From: Macrostomum lignano
Lineage: Eukaryota
Reading direction: 5' to 3'
DNA length: 64,000 nucleotides
Assembly: GCA_002269645.1 (NCBI GenBank)
Contig: NIVC01002591.1
Span: forward strand, 58,645-122,644
A model generated the notes under the pieces. That model worked only from the letters and a program-made list of their open reading frames with translations, made no database searches and was not told the DNA's origin. Positions 21,431 to 34,779 of this stretch are shown piece by piece. The stretch's first letter is position 1. Each line of letters begins with the position of its first letter. A program made the translations under genes and the position numbers.

Positions 21431-23139
21431 TCTTCATATCTAATCAACCTATTAGTCGCTGAAATTCATCATTAGTGTATGCTGTTAGCACTCTTTCTAA
21501 AAAAATCGGTAATATTACTTACTATGGCTTTTCAATAACAACTAATATGCGCATGTATCTAACAGTTGTGGTATCTGGTGTGTGGCTGCAATAAGCTGTC
21601 ATCCGCACTCTAGTGTCAAGGTTTGCAGCCTAACTCAAACAATAACTGCATATACTAAGCCTAGTCTGTTTATCTAGCATGGACCAAAGCACTACTATAA
21701 GTAGAGAGCGAGTTTATGGAAGCTAGTCAAGAATCTATTTTTTCTGCTTGTTCGCCTGTTATGATTAAGTGTTATTATAAAAATTTTATATTTTGATTGC
21801 GGATGTGCAATACAATTGGTGCACAATCAAACATCATATTTTTCTTGTTTTTATTTTGTTAAAAAAACTAAGTTGTTTTTTTTAAAAATAATTTAGGCTT
21901 AGCCAAACTAATTAAAGCTTAGCAGTAATAATCACCTGTTTTCTCACTCAATTCTTGCTAGTATAACAAAGGAAACTAGTGTTTTTTGTTCATTCTTCCG
22001 TTTTGATACTACTTATACTACTAATACTTATCCAGCAGTAGCATATTGCGGCAGTGTTTGTGGCGTATTTTGTATCCTGTCTCGGTATTTTTATGTTGAG
22101 CGTGCTTTTAAATACGAGTGCAACTTATCGCTGCAATTGTTATTTTTCATTTGATAGATCTTGACTGACCCATCTCGTGTCACAATTGAAGCTTGAGGAG
22201 TTAATAATTCCTATTTGCACAGCATGTATTTTTGTATCGGCTATGGATACCTGGTGAAAACTATTACTATTTTGTCTCATGAGTAAGATCTAAGAGTCTA
22301 CAAAAAGTAAATCTATGTCTATTTTTGGAATTAGATTTTGGGAATCTATATCTCTGTGTGAGATGGGCTTTGATTATAATCTGACTATATCTATCTCTGG
22401 GTTAATATTTTAGAATGTATAATCTACATCTTAGGTGAGAATTTTGAATATACTATTGACTGTTAGAGATTAATACAATCTGAGTAGTATTTATAGCCCA
22501 GCAGTTTTAAAGCCGAACTTGTCACTGATTGCTTACCTACTAATTATATTCAATATCAATCTGTTATTAGTCTGAGTTGCGTGTATTTGCAAGGAACTCA
22601 ACGCACGCATTTTCTTGTATTAATAATCTTGGCCCAGCAGTGTCAAAGAACGTCTAAAAAAAGCTTACATGTAGATTGAATTTGATTCTAAATTGATTTT
22701 TTTTATGTTTCACCCGTGCTTGTTTGCTGTTTATTGTTGTAGTTTTTTTTGGCTTTCCAAACTTGTCTTAATACAAGAGCTATGATTTTCTATACTTATT
22801 GTACACTCGAGTATTTGTATGCTGGAGCCTGCACACCCACCACCCCATCTCCATGCGTACTTTTTGCCATAATTAAAGCTTTAAGAACATATAAAAACAT
22901 TGTATTGTTAAGTTTTTTTAACATCGATTAATAAATCCAAGAAGAAAGTGTTAACCGATTTGCCTCTCATTTTGGAAAGCTACTTGTGTTTTGTCTTTTC
23001 TAAGTTAATTGTTACTTTATGGAAAATGGCATTTAGTGCTAAAAGGGTAGCTGGGGTTAACAGTCTATAAGTTTGACAGGTCTCTTAAAGGACTAAGCGA
23101 TCTTCTGCTTTTAGTCCCTTCTGGTTTTCTCTTGCCAGT

Positions 23140-23945
23140 CCTCCAAGCCCCTTTAGGATTATCGATTTTCTCTGGCCAGTCCCTGAAACCCTCAAGATTA
23201 TCGATTTTCTCTGGCCAGCCCCTGAAACCCTCAAGATTATCGATTTTCTCTGGCCAGTCTCTGAAACCCTCAAGATTATCGATTTTCTCTGGCCAGTGCC
23301 TCAAACCCCAGGGTTATCGATTCTTTCTGGTCAGTCCCTTAAACCCCAGGGTTATCGATTCTTTCTGGTCAGTCCCTGAAACCCTCAAGATTATCGATTT
23401 TCTCTGGCCAGCCCCTGAAACCCTCAAGATTATCGATTTTCTCTGGCCAGTCTCTGAAACCCTCAAGATTATCGATTTTCTCTGGCCAGTGCCTCAAACC
23501 CCAGGGTTATCGATTCTTTCTGGTCAGTCCCTTAAACCCCAGGGTTATCGATTCTTTCTGGTCAGTCCCTGAAACCCTCAAGATTATCGATTTTCTCTGG
23601 CCAGCCCCTGAAACCCTCAAGATTATCGATTTTCTCTGGCCAGTCTCTGAAACCCTCAAGATTATCGATTTTCTCTGGCCAGCCCCTGAAACCCTCAAGA
23701 TTATCGATTTTCTCTGGTCAGTCCCTCAAACCCCAGGGTTATCGATTCTTTCTGGTCAGTCCCTTAAACCCCAGGGTTATCGATTTTTTCTGGTCAGTCC
23801 CTCAAACCCCAGGGTTATCGATTTTTTCTGGTCAGTCCCTCAAACCCCAGGGTTATTGATTTTTTCTGGCCAGTCCCTCAAACCCCCAAGATTATCAATT
23901 TTCTGTGGCCATTTTCTTAAATCCCCAAGGTTATCGATTTTCTCT
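23140..23945. repeat. 39-bp minisatellite (CCTGAAACCCTCAAGATTATCGATTTTCTCTGGCCAGTC)
   Basis: Tandem repetition with two alternating unit variants. Confidence 0.93.
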
Positions 23946-24449
23946 GGCCTAAGCCGTCACTTTCTAATGTGCATTTAGTTTTAACACTTTTCAACTGAAC
24001 TCCATAAACATTTATATTTTGTTTTTGTTTTTTAAAAAACTCAATATTCTAATACAATAACTTATTATAACCAAAATAGAATTAATATTTATAGAGCCGT
24101 CTTCTAACAAGTGAAATAACTTTGCGCCGTTTTACTGCTGTTTTGCTTCGCAGTGTCTACTCGTATGTACGCAGCTTATCGAACCAGCAACAGTCTGGTG
24201 CCCTATTGTCCCGGGGTGAGTGCCCACCTTGTGTTTTTCGTGTATTTTGAACGTCTCCGATTCGATCTGTTCTTTTTTTGCAATCTATAGTTTTGCGCAA
24301 ATCAAAATTGCTAATTTGGATTCCTGCTATCAGTGTGATTTTTGTTTGATTACTCTCAGTAGTTTGATGCGATTATTTAACGAAATAAGATTTTTTTAAA
24401 ATTAATTAAATTAATTAATTAGCAAATCTGAGAAATTATTAGCACACCT

Positions 24450-24900
24450 GGGATGGTAAATCCCAAAGTGATTACCGTACCTGGGACAGGTACTAAGTAT
24501 TTAGTAGTCTCTGACCTGGGATGGGAAATCCCACAGTCACCATCATACCTGGGATGGGAAATCCCACAGTCACTAACATACCTGGAATGGGAAATCCCAG
24601 AGTCAAAATTAGTATACCTGGGATGGGAAATCCAGAGTCATTAGCATACCTGCGATGGGAAATCCCGGAGTTGTTAGCATACCTGCGATGGGAAATCCCA
24701 GAGTCATTAGCATACCTGCGATGGGAAATCCCAGAGTCATTAGCATACCTGCGATGGGAAATCCCGGAGTTGTTAGCATACCTGAGATGGGAAATCCCAT
24801 AGTCATTAGTATACCTGGGATGGGAAATCCCGGAGTTGTTAGCATACCCGGCATATACTAAGTAATTAGTAGTCCCTGACTTGGGATAGGAAATCCCAGA
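24450..24900. repeat. 33-bp minisatellite (ATACCTGCGATGGGAAATCCCAGAGTCATTAGC)
   Basis: Period of 33 verified at 24679/24712. Confidence 0.92.
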
Positions 24901-25238
24901 TTCATTCACCCACCTGATAAATCTTCCTTTGGTAAAAGTCGCGACTGTAAGTTAACGAAAATGTTTTCTAAAATAGCAATGGACTATTTTTAGTTTCAAT
25001 ACCATAACATGGTAATGTTTATAATTTTTATTTCTATGGCTTTACTTGAAAGATTCAACATTCAAGACTTTAATATAAAGTTAAACTTATAAAATATTGC
25101 ACTTGCAGTTTAGTATAGAATGTCTGAATTATTTTTGCCATTTGTCAACTCCGGATTTAAAACTCTTAGTTAAGGAGCCGTTCGTGTGTAGCTAATAGTT
25201 GTTGGAAGATTGAGTTATTATTAAATACATGAGCTATA

Positions 25239-27686
25239 ATGGAGCATCATCATCTTCATCTTAATCGCCAGCGTAGACTAAGTATAAGTACACTTCAACT
25301 CGATTCCGCTTCGAATGCTTCTGTCCAGTCGGCCAGATCAAAATTAAAACGATCACATCGGTCGAATTTCGCTTCGGTACGTCAGCTGTATGCTATTGTG
25401 TGATTTCTTGGAAAATAGTTTCACATTTTATTGGAAAACAGTTGTACCAAAATTGACACTTTTATTGAGTACTCGTACGTATTTGTTAATATTACTTGCT
25501 TGTATAATTTGTTAAGAGAGAGATTTTTTTCATATCGACTTTTCTCATTGTCGGTCAGTCATAAAGTTTCGATGCCATTTTTCTTGTTCTGTTGTTGCTC
25601 TTAAAAAGTTTTTTGTTACGTCGTTTTCATTAATTCACGGCAGTAAGTTAGTAACAATATGTAACTAAAGGCTGTTTGACTCTTTGAACGCGATGCGTAC
25701 TTATTGATTTTGTGGCGGTCAGGAGCAATGTACACTTCCTATTCATTTAATTGGGCAGGTCAGGAGCAATGTACACTTCCTATTAATTTAATTGGGCAGG
25801 TCAGGAGCAATGTACACTTCCTATTCATTTAATTGGGCAGGTCAGGAGCAGTGTACACTTCCTATTCATTTAATTGGGCAGGTCAGGAGCAATGTACACT
25901 TCCTATTAATTTAATTGGGGCTGGGGAGGTCAGGAGCAATGTACACTTCCTATTCATTTAATTGGGCAGGTCAGGAGCAATGTACACTTCCTATTAATTT
26001 AATTGGGGCTGGGGAGGTCAGGAGCAATGTACACTTCCTATTCATTTAATTGGGCAGGTCAGGAGCAATGTACACTTCCTATTCATTTAATTGGGCAGGT
26101 CAGGAGCAATGTACACTTCCTATTCATTTAATTGGGCAGGTCAGGAGCAATGTACACTTCCTATTCATTTAATTGGGCAGGTCAGGAGCAATGTACACTT
26201 CCTATTCATTTAATTGGGCAGGTCAGTAGCAATGTACACTTCCTATTCATTTAATTGGGCAGGTCAGGAGCAATGTACACTTCCTATTCATTTAATTGGG
26301 CAGGTCAGGAGCAATGTACACTTCCTATTAATTTAATTGGGGCTGGGGAGGTCAGGAGCAATGTACACTTCCTATTCATTTAATTGGGCAGGTCAGGAGC
26401 AATGTACACTTCCTATTCATTTAATTGGGCAGGTCAGGAGCAATGTACACTTCCTATTCATTTAATTGGGCAGGTCAGTAGCAATGTACACTTCCTATTC
26501 ATTTAATTGGGCAGGTCAGGAGCAATGTACACTTCCTATTCATTTAATTGGGGCTGGGGAGGTCAGGAGCAATGTACACTTCCTATTCATTTAATTGGGC
26601 AGGTCAGGAGCAATGTACACTTCCTATTCATTTAATTGGGCAGGTCAGGAGCAATGTACACTTCCTATTCATTTAATTGGGCAGGTCAGGAGCAATGTAC
26701 ACTTCCTATTCATTTAATTGGGCAGGTCAGGAGCAATGTACACTTCCTATTCATTTAATTGGGAGGTCAGGAGCAATGTACACTTCCTATTCATTTAATT
26801 GGGCAGGTCAGTAGCAATGTACACTTCCTATTCATTTAATTGGGCAGGTCAGGAGCAATGTACACTTCCTATTCATTTAATTGGGCAGGTCAGGAGCAAT
26901 GTACACTTCCTATTAATTTAATTGGGGCTGGGGAGGTCAGGAGCAATGTACACTTCCTATTCATTTAATTGGGCAGGTCAGGAGCAATGTACACTTCCTA
27001 TTCATTTAATTGGGCAGGTCAGGAGCAATGTACACTTCCTATTCATTTAATTGGGCAGGTCAGGAGCAATGTACACTTCCTATTCATTTAATTGGGCAGG
27101 TCAGGAGCAATGTTCACTTCCTATTCATTTAATTGGGCAGGTCAGGAGCAATGTACACTTCCTATTCATTTAATTGGGCAGGTCAGGAGCAATGTACACC
27201 CTTTCCTAAATAAAGCTGTCTTTAATAATTAACAAGCAAGTGTTGGACAGTATTTAGTGTCTGGATTTTAAACTTTGGTGATATTTGGATATCATTGACG
27301 ATTCAAATCTTTAGTCCTGCTCTACAATGTTAGTGTACTATACAAATACAAGTGCACAATGTTCCAATCCAGTGCACCTGTTAATCTCCAGGTCAGCATA
27401 TTTGCTTGGGGCGAGAATTCCGACGGCCAGTTGGGCATCGGCGGCTCCGCCCGCGACACTCTTGCCGCCGTGCCCACTCGGCTGCCGGAGGACGACGCCA
27501 ATGTTGCCGCGCTGTGCGGCGGCGACGGCCATTCGCTGCTGCTCCGACAGGACGGCTGCGTGCGCGCCTGCGGCTCCGACAGCTTTGCCCAGCTGGGTGG
27601 CGCCGGGGGCCGCGGACTCAACTGGAGCAACAACAGCGGCGGCGGAGCTGGCTGCTGCCATCGGTTCTGTCAGGTGAGCTGTCCTG

Positions 27687-27725
<39 letters not shown>

Positions 27726-27726
27726 G

Positions 27727-27793
<67 letters not shown>

Positions 27794-27965
27794 GTCTGTC
27801 TGTCTGTCTGTCTGTCTGTCTGCCTGCCTGTCTGTCTGTCTGTCTGTCTGGCCGTCTGTCTGTCTGCCTGCCTGTCTGCCTGTCTGTCTGTCTGGCCGTC
27901 TGTCTGTCTGCCTGCCTGTCTGCCTGTCTGTCTGTCTGGCCGTCTGTCTGTCTGTCTGTCTGTCC

Positions 27966-28003
<38 letters not shown>

Positions 28004-28096
28004 CTGTCTGTCTGTCTGCCTGTCTGTCTGTCTGCCTGCCTGTCTGCCTGCCTGTCTGTCTGTCTGTCTGGCCGTCTGTCTGTCTGTCTGTCTGTC

Positions 28097-28131
<35 letters not shown>

Positions 28132-30175
28132 CTGTCCGTCTGTCTGTCTGTCTGTCTGCCTGCCTGTCTGTGTGTCTGTCTGTCTGTCCGTCTCACTGCA
28201 GTCCGTTTTAGTGTTTGTCTTAGTGTCCTAGTCCTGTCTGTGTCTTTTCCCAGTATCAAACTGACTACAATGGGAATAAAGTGCAGCAAATAAAAGTAAA
28301 AGCACCGCCACCCCGGGAGAGCAGGTGACGGCCCTGGAGAACAAGTGCATCGTGTGCATAGCCGCCGGCGGCTCCCACTCCCTAGCCGTTGACGAAGACG
28401 GCCAGGTGTACTCTTGGGGCCGAAATCATCGCGGCCAAATTGGTCGAGACGAGGCCGCCAATACCGATTCGTCCAGCGGTGCTAGTGTCCGACTTGTCCG
28501 GCAGCTGTCCGGGCATCGGGTGGCGCAGGTTTCGGCCGGACAGTCGCACAGTTTAGTCCTGACTCAACAGCATCGATTGTTTGCATTTGGCGACAATAGC
28601 CGGGGCCAGTTGGGGCAGGGGAATTTTAAGCAGCCCGGCACGCTTGGAGCCTGTCTACCTGTAGCCTCGCTAAATGGCCTGCCGATTCAACTCATTGCCT
28701 GCGGCGGATATCACTGTTTAGCTCTGTCGCATAGCGGCGTACTATTTGCCTGGGGTGACAATGGGAAAGGCCAGCTAGGCTGCGGCAATACTGAGAATCA
28801 GGCCTGGCCTGTGCTGTGCAAAACTCTGCGGGGACAACAGGTGAGTTTGTCTGAGGGTGTGTGAGTAGCTGCTGAGGTATCAAAGGATGTGTGAGTAGCT
28901 GCTGAGGTGTGTGAGTAGTTATCGAAGCATTAGGGAGAAGGGGAAGCAGCAGCCCCTGAAGCTTCAGGGAGACGAGGAATCAGCAGCCCCTGAAGCGTCA
29001 GAGAGACAAGAAATCAGCAGCTCCTGAAGCATCAGGGAGACGAGGAATTAGCAGCCCCTGAAGAATCAGGAAGACGAGAAATCAGCAGCTCCTGAAGCAT
29101 CAGGGAGATGAGGAAGCAGCAGCCCCTGAAGCTTCAGGAAGACGAGAAATCAGCAGCTCCTGAAGCATCAGAGAGATGAGGAAGCAGCAGCCCCTGAAGC
29201 TTCAGGAAGACGAGAAATCAGCAGCTCCTGAAGCATCAGGGAGATGAGGAAGCAGCAGCCCCTAAAGCTTCAGGGAGACGAGGAATCAGCAGCCCCTGAA
29301 GCTTCAGGGAGATGAGCAATCAGCAGCCCCTGAAGCATCAGGGAGATGAGGAATCAGCAGCCCCTGAAGCTTCAGGGAGACGAGGAATCAGCAGCCCCTG
29401 AAGCATCAGGGAGATGAGGAAGCAGCAGCCCCTGAAGCTTCAGGGAGACGAGGAATCAGCAGCCTCGGAAGCTTCAGAAAGAAGGGAAATCAGCAGCCCC
29501 TGAAGCTTCAAGGAGAAGGGAAATCAGTAGCCCCTGAAGCTTCAGGGAGACGAGAAATCACCAGCCCCTGAAGCTTCAGGGAGAAGGGGAATCAGCAGCC
29601 CCTAAAAATGGAGGCTAACCCTTGGGTTTCAGATCCGGCACGTGGCCTGCGGCAAGGAGCACAGCGCCGCTCTGACAGCGGGCGGCGGGGTGTTCACATT
29701 CGGCTCGGACGAATCCGGCCAGCTCGGACACGGGCTCGAGCGGCCGGAAATTCGCAGATCGAAGTTCTGCCCAGACGAGTAGCAGATCTGATGGGCTCGG
29801 CGGTCACCCAGCTGGCCTGCGGACACCGCCACACCCTGGCCTACGTGGCCTCCACCGGCAGAATCTACGCCTTTGGCCTGGCCTCCCGGGCCAGCTGGGC
29901 ATCGGCGAGGACAAGGACGGCTGTAGCTTGGCCGATCCCAGACGTGCGCCCAGCGCCGTCAAGGGTCCCTGGGTGCCGGTTAGCGGCACCGGCGAGTTCC
30001 TCGAGCGTCGCCGGCTCAGCGTTGAAGGCCTTGACGAAAAGCACACGCCTTTGGTGCTGTTCGCCTGCGGCCATTCCAGCTTTCTTAAGGTGAGCTCTGC
30101 GGCTGACTGACAGACACAGACAGACAGACAGACAGGCAGACAGACACAGACAGACAGACAGACAGACAGGCAGAA

Positions 30176-30206
<31 letters not shown>

Positions 30207-31766
30207 GGCAGGCAGAAAGACACTGGCAGACAGGCGATCATAAAAAACTGACAAAAGCTTTTTTCATAAGAGAGCCGTCCTAAAATCGAGACGTGTTATA
30301 ATTTATAAACTCCCGCTATTCAGGCCGCTCTAGCGCCGCTCAGGCCCGACGCGCCGCAGTCGCCGGACGATTTCCGCTGCCATCGACCATCCTGGCTTGC
30401 TCTGGCGCCAGAGCCGCTTCAGCTGGACAAATCCTTGAAGTCAGCCGCTGTGAATCACCGCAGACAGCTGGGAGAAAGCGCCCAGTGTCTAGCCAGCTAT
30501 AATTGCGCTTTTCTACGCCGGCCATTGGAGTCGGCGCCTAGCCGGGCCGATCACGGCGTCGACATGGACGAAGCGGTGAAACTGTTGGAACAGTTGGGCA
30601 AACAGTTGAGCAAAGATGCCGAGGATGCTGTGAGTTTTTTATGGGAACTTTACTAATTACTGTTTATTAAAGTAGTTCGGGTTTTCTAATTGCCAAGACC
30701 GGTCAATATGGGTCGTTAGGTAGGTCAGTATGTGTCATTAGGTAGGTCAATATGGGTCATTCGGTAGGTCAATATGGGTCATTCGGTAGGTCAATATGGG
30801 TCATTCAGTAGGTCAATATGGGTCATTCGGTAGGTCAATATAGGTCATTCGGTAGGTCAATATGGGTCATTCAGTAGGTCAATATGGGTCATTCAGTAGG
30901 TCAATATGGGTCATTCAGTAGGTCAATATGGGTCATTCAGTAGGTCAATATGGGTCATTCAGGTAGGTCAATATGGGTCATTCAGTAGGTCAATATGGGT
31001 CATTCAGGTAGGTCAATATGGGTCATTCAGGTAGGTCAGCAGATGTAGATATGGTTCATTATGTAAGTAGGTAATTCATAGGTAAGTATAATTCATCGCT
31101 AAAATCTGTGAATCAAATTTGTTTATAGGCCAATTTGGGCTATTTGATTAAAAGCTTCATCGTCTTTTAGCAGATCTCGTGTTGGTGCAGGCCTCGGTCA
31201 CAAATAATAAGTTGGCTCCGCTATGCCGGCCGCAACCATTCCAGCTTCTAGCCGGCATCATCACTCTTCTCAACGAGCAGTGCTCGCGCAAGAACTATCC
31301 GGACGTTGAGTGCCTCAGATTCTTTCTCGTTGCCCCGCTGCTACACCTATTCGCCAGGCCCGAACTATTCGAAAATCTGCACTCCGGCTTCGCGTTCTGC
31401 TTGACCCAGCTCGACCCGGTGCCGACCCGCGTGCTGACCGGCTGGCTGGCCAAGCTGCCTACGCGTCACTTTGCTCGCCTGCTGCGCACCTTCAAAGCCG
31501 TGGCGCCGCACGTTCTGGCGCTGCCGGCTCACACCACCAGGGCCGGCGCCTTGGCAAAGGAGCGCGGCCTGACCGGCTGCATGCGGCTCATGCGGCTGCT
31601 GCACTCGGCCAATGCCGACCGGGGCGACTCCGCTCTGGTCAGGAGCAGCTTCTACCTGCCCGACCTCAATAACAGGGTGGATATTGAGAAGTGAGCCGCC
31701 TGTCTGTGTGTGTCTGTCTGTCTGTCTATCTGTCTGTCTGTCTGCCTGCCTGCCTGCCTGTCTGCC

Positions 31767-31811
<45 letters not shown>

Positions 31812-31878
31812 TAGTGCCTGTTTGTCTGTCTGTCTGTCTGTCTGTCTTAGTGCCTGTTTGCCTGTCTGTCTGCCTGCC

Positions 31879-31927
<49 letters not shown>

Positions 31928-32028
31928 TAGTGCCTTTTTGTCTGTTTGTCTGTCTGTCTGTCTGTCTTAGTGCCTGTTTGTCTGTCTGTCTGCCTGCCTG
32001 TCTGCCTGTCTCTCTGCGTGTCTGTCTC

Positions 32029-32091
<63 letters not shown>

Positions 32092-34709
32092 GGTAGTGTT
32101 TTCTGTCTGTTTGTCTTTGTGTCTGTGTTTTTGTCTGTTTGTTTATGTCTTCTGTGTCTTAGCGTGTGTATGCCTTGGCTTTTACCTGTCTGTCTCTGGT
32201 CTCCCTGCCTGTTATTCTTTCTTTTGCTTTACGTCTAATTGGTTTGTTTAGTCTCGTCGTGTGTCTGCGTGCACTTGTAAATGGGTCAAATCAAGTTGCA
32301 AATCTGTCTGTATTGTCTTCCGAAGTGTTAAATATTAACTGCCACCCCCAATATAAAAATTGCCACCCCCTGCAATCCCCATCCGCAGAGACTACATCCT
32401 GTGGGTGCAGCACAAAGGCCAGCCTGATCACTTCTCATTCTGCGACTATCCGTTTGTGTTTGACGGCGAGGCCAAGACTAAACTACTGCGCGCAGATGCT
32501 CAATTGAAAATGCATCAAGCGGTTCAGCAGGCCCAGACTCAGAATTTCTTCTCGGCTATGACTATGGCCGGTGGGATGGTCAATCCTGTGCTGCTCTTGC
32601 AGGTTGGTCTTATTGTTGCTTTTTCATTTCATCGCTGCGCGCCCTCGTTCAAATGCATTCGTGCACTCATAGCCATTTATTACTACATCATTGTTGACGT
32701 CTTGATATTATCTGTGATATCTCATCTCTCTATGATGATATCTCATCACTCCTTTATTATAATGTATCTCTCTGCTCTATGATATCTCATCACTCCTTTA
32801 TTATACCTGTATCTCTCTGTTCTATGATATCTCATCACTCCTTTATTATACATGTATCTCTCTGCTCTATGATATCTCATCACTCCTTTATTATACCTGT
32901 ATCTCTCTGCTCTATGATATATCATCTCTGCTCTATGATATATCATCACTCCTTTATTATAATGTATCTCTCTGCTCTATGATATCTCATCACTCCTTTA
33001 TTATACCTGTATCTCTCTGCTCTATGATATATCATCTCTGCTCTATGATATCTCATCACTCCTTTATTATACCTGTATCTCTCTGCTCTATGATATCTCA
33101 TCACTCCTTTATTATACCTGTATCTCTCTGCTCTATGATATCTCATCACTCCTTTATTATACCTGTAACTCTCTGCTCTATGATATCTCATCACTCCTTT
33201 ATTATACCTGTATCTCTCTGCTCTATGATATATCATCTCTGCTCTATGGTATCTCATCTCTGCTCTATGGTATCTCATCTCTGCTCTATGGTATCTCTCA
33301 TCTCTCTCATCTCTCTCATCTCTCTCATCTCTCTCATCTCTGCTCTATGATATGGCATCTCTTTTTTTTTTGATATCTCATCTCTCTTTTTTGATATCTC
33401 ATCTCTACTCTGATATCTCATCTCTATTCTATGATATCTTATTTCTCTATTAAATCCCTCTGCTCTATGTTATCTCATATCTGCTTTATGTTGCGTCATC
33501 TTTCCTCTATGATATCTCATCTCTATGATCTCTAACCTTATCTATAATACTCCATGTCTCCATTGTGTATCATCTCACTTTCCTATTCTCTATGGCATCT
33601 TATAGTATTTCCCTCATCTCTCCTCGCTATCCTCCCCCTCAGTTCTCCCATCTCCCCTCTCCCTCGCCCAGGTCCGCCGGGACAACCTGGTCGGGGACGC
33701 CATCAGCCACCTCAGCAAGTTTCCGCCCGAAGAGCTGCGCAAACCGTTGCGCGTGAAATTCGTTGGCGAAGAGGCTCAGGACGAGGGCGGCGTGTCCAAG
33801 GAGTTTTTCCAGATGATTTTCCGAGAAATACTCGACCCCCTGTACGGCATGTTCCGCAGCTTCGATTCCAATTTGATTTGGTTCAATTTCGTGTCGCTAG
33901 AAGATGCCAGCCTGTTCCATCTGATTGGCATCTTGTGCGGCCTGGCCATCTACAATAACTTCCTAGCCGGGGTGGCCTTCCCCCTGGCCATGTACAAGAA
34001 ACTGCTGGGTCTCAAGCCCACTCTAGAGGATCTGAAAGAGCTCGATCCTACAATTGGTCGCAATCTGCAGCATCTGCTAGAAGCAGAGTCTGCCGAGGAT
34101 GTCGAGTCGCTAATGCTGACCTTTGAAATCGAGTTCGACTATTACGGCGAGCTTCGCCGCCAGCCGTTGAGCGATCGGCCCGACGAGCCCGTTGTCATGG
34201 GCAACCGGCAACGCTACGTGGACGCCTACGTTGATTACATGTTCAATACCGGCTGCAAAGAGTCCTACGCTGCGTTTCACGACGGTTTTCACAAAGTGTG
34301 TGGCGGTCACGTGCTGGCCCTGTTCGAACCGGCCGAGCTGAGGGCCATGCTAATTGGCGAAGAAGACCATTTTGACTGGGCCCAGCTGCAGAAGAATGCC
34401 GAATATCTCGGCGTGTACTATGCCAAGCACGAGGTGATTGTCAATTTCTGGTCCGTGTTTCATCACGATTTCACCGAGGCTCAGAAGAGGAGATTTTTGC
34501 ACTTTCTCACCGGCTGCGACCGGGTCCCCATGCAGGGCATGTCGGCCGTGAAAATCCGCATCCAGCCTGTGCACGGCGGCGCCGCCTACCTGCCTGTGGC
34601 GCACACCTGCTATAATCTGCTAGACCTGCCCGTCTATCCTGATAAAGACTCGCTCAGGCGGAAACTGACTCAGGCTATTGAGCAGACTGAAGGATTTGCG
34701 CTGGTTTGA
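25239..34709 (+). CDS. HERC4: Small HERC E3 ubiquitin ligase (RCC1-like domain + HECT; HERC3/4-like). Exons 25239-25376 (tentative), 27392-27673, 28325-28840, 29633-30089 (two -1 frameshifts), 30324-30629, 31245(or 31191)-31690, 32389-32602, 33672-34709
   Basis: RCC1 repeats ([53 protein letters not shown]). HERC4-like linker motifs [41 protein letters not shown] from [21 protein letters not shown] to [14 protein letters not shown] with catalytic Cys; TGA 34707-34709. Junctions are GT-AG and phase-consistent. Confidence 0.88.
25716..27200. repeat. 41-bp minisatellite (GGTCAGGAGCAATGTACACTTCCTATTCATTTAATTGGGCA), ~35 copies; HERC intron 1
   Basis: Period of 41; occasional longer units carrying GCTGGGG. 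Confidence 0.95.
27690..28200. repeat. (TCTG)n microsatellite; HERC intron 2
   Basis: Direct inspection. Confidence 0.95.
28940..29605. repeat. 34-bp minisatellite (CAGCAGCCCCTGAAGCTTCAGGGAGACGAGGAAT); HERC intron 3
   Basis: Period of 34; unit contains the 12-bp palindrome CTGAAGCTTCAG. Confidence 0.93.
30110..30235. repeat. (CAGA)n microsatellite; HERC intron 4
   Basis: Direct inspection. Confidence 0.9.
30700..31040. repeat. 22-bp minisatellite (AGGTCAATATGGGTCATTCAGT); HERC intron 5
   Basis: Period of 22. Confidence 0.92.
31700..32100. repeat. (TCTG)n microsatellite; HERC intron 6
   Basis: Direct inspection. Confidence 0.93.
32700..33500. repeat. 45-bp minisatellite (CTATGATATCTCATCACTCCTTTATTATACCTGTATCTCTCTGCT) with shorter subunits; HERC intron 7
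   Basis: Period of 45 verified at 33061/33106. Confidence 0.9.
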
Positions 34710-34779
34710 GGAATTATCTGCTTTTTTATCTGATGCCAGTTTGGTTGCTTAGCTGGAGACTACCTGTATTGATTGTCCC

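Noticed and set aside
22042-22160. Hydrophobic reading HIAAVFVAYFVSCLGIFMLSVLL as an alternative Bak transmembrane exon
   Set aside because: A nearer exon (20277-20417) has a better acceptor, correct phase and a typical basic-ended tail anchor; T-rich DNA yields hydrophobic frames by chance.
25716-27200. Regularly repeated 30-45-bp units resembling a CRISPR array (also 36-39 kb and 50-56 kb)
   Set aside because: Units are directly adjacent with no unique spacers, there are no cas genes and the context is eukaryotic introns.
27359-28293. Long VCLS/TDRQ ORFs (also 31.6-32.2 kb and 57.8-58.4 kb)
   Set aside because: Read-through into (TCTG)n microsatellites.
6088-34709. Hsp70 - Bak - HERC adjacency as a stress/apoptosis gene cluster
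   Set aside because: No shared regulatory elements are visible; adjacency alone is weak evidence without conserved synteny.
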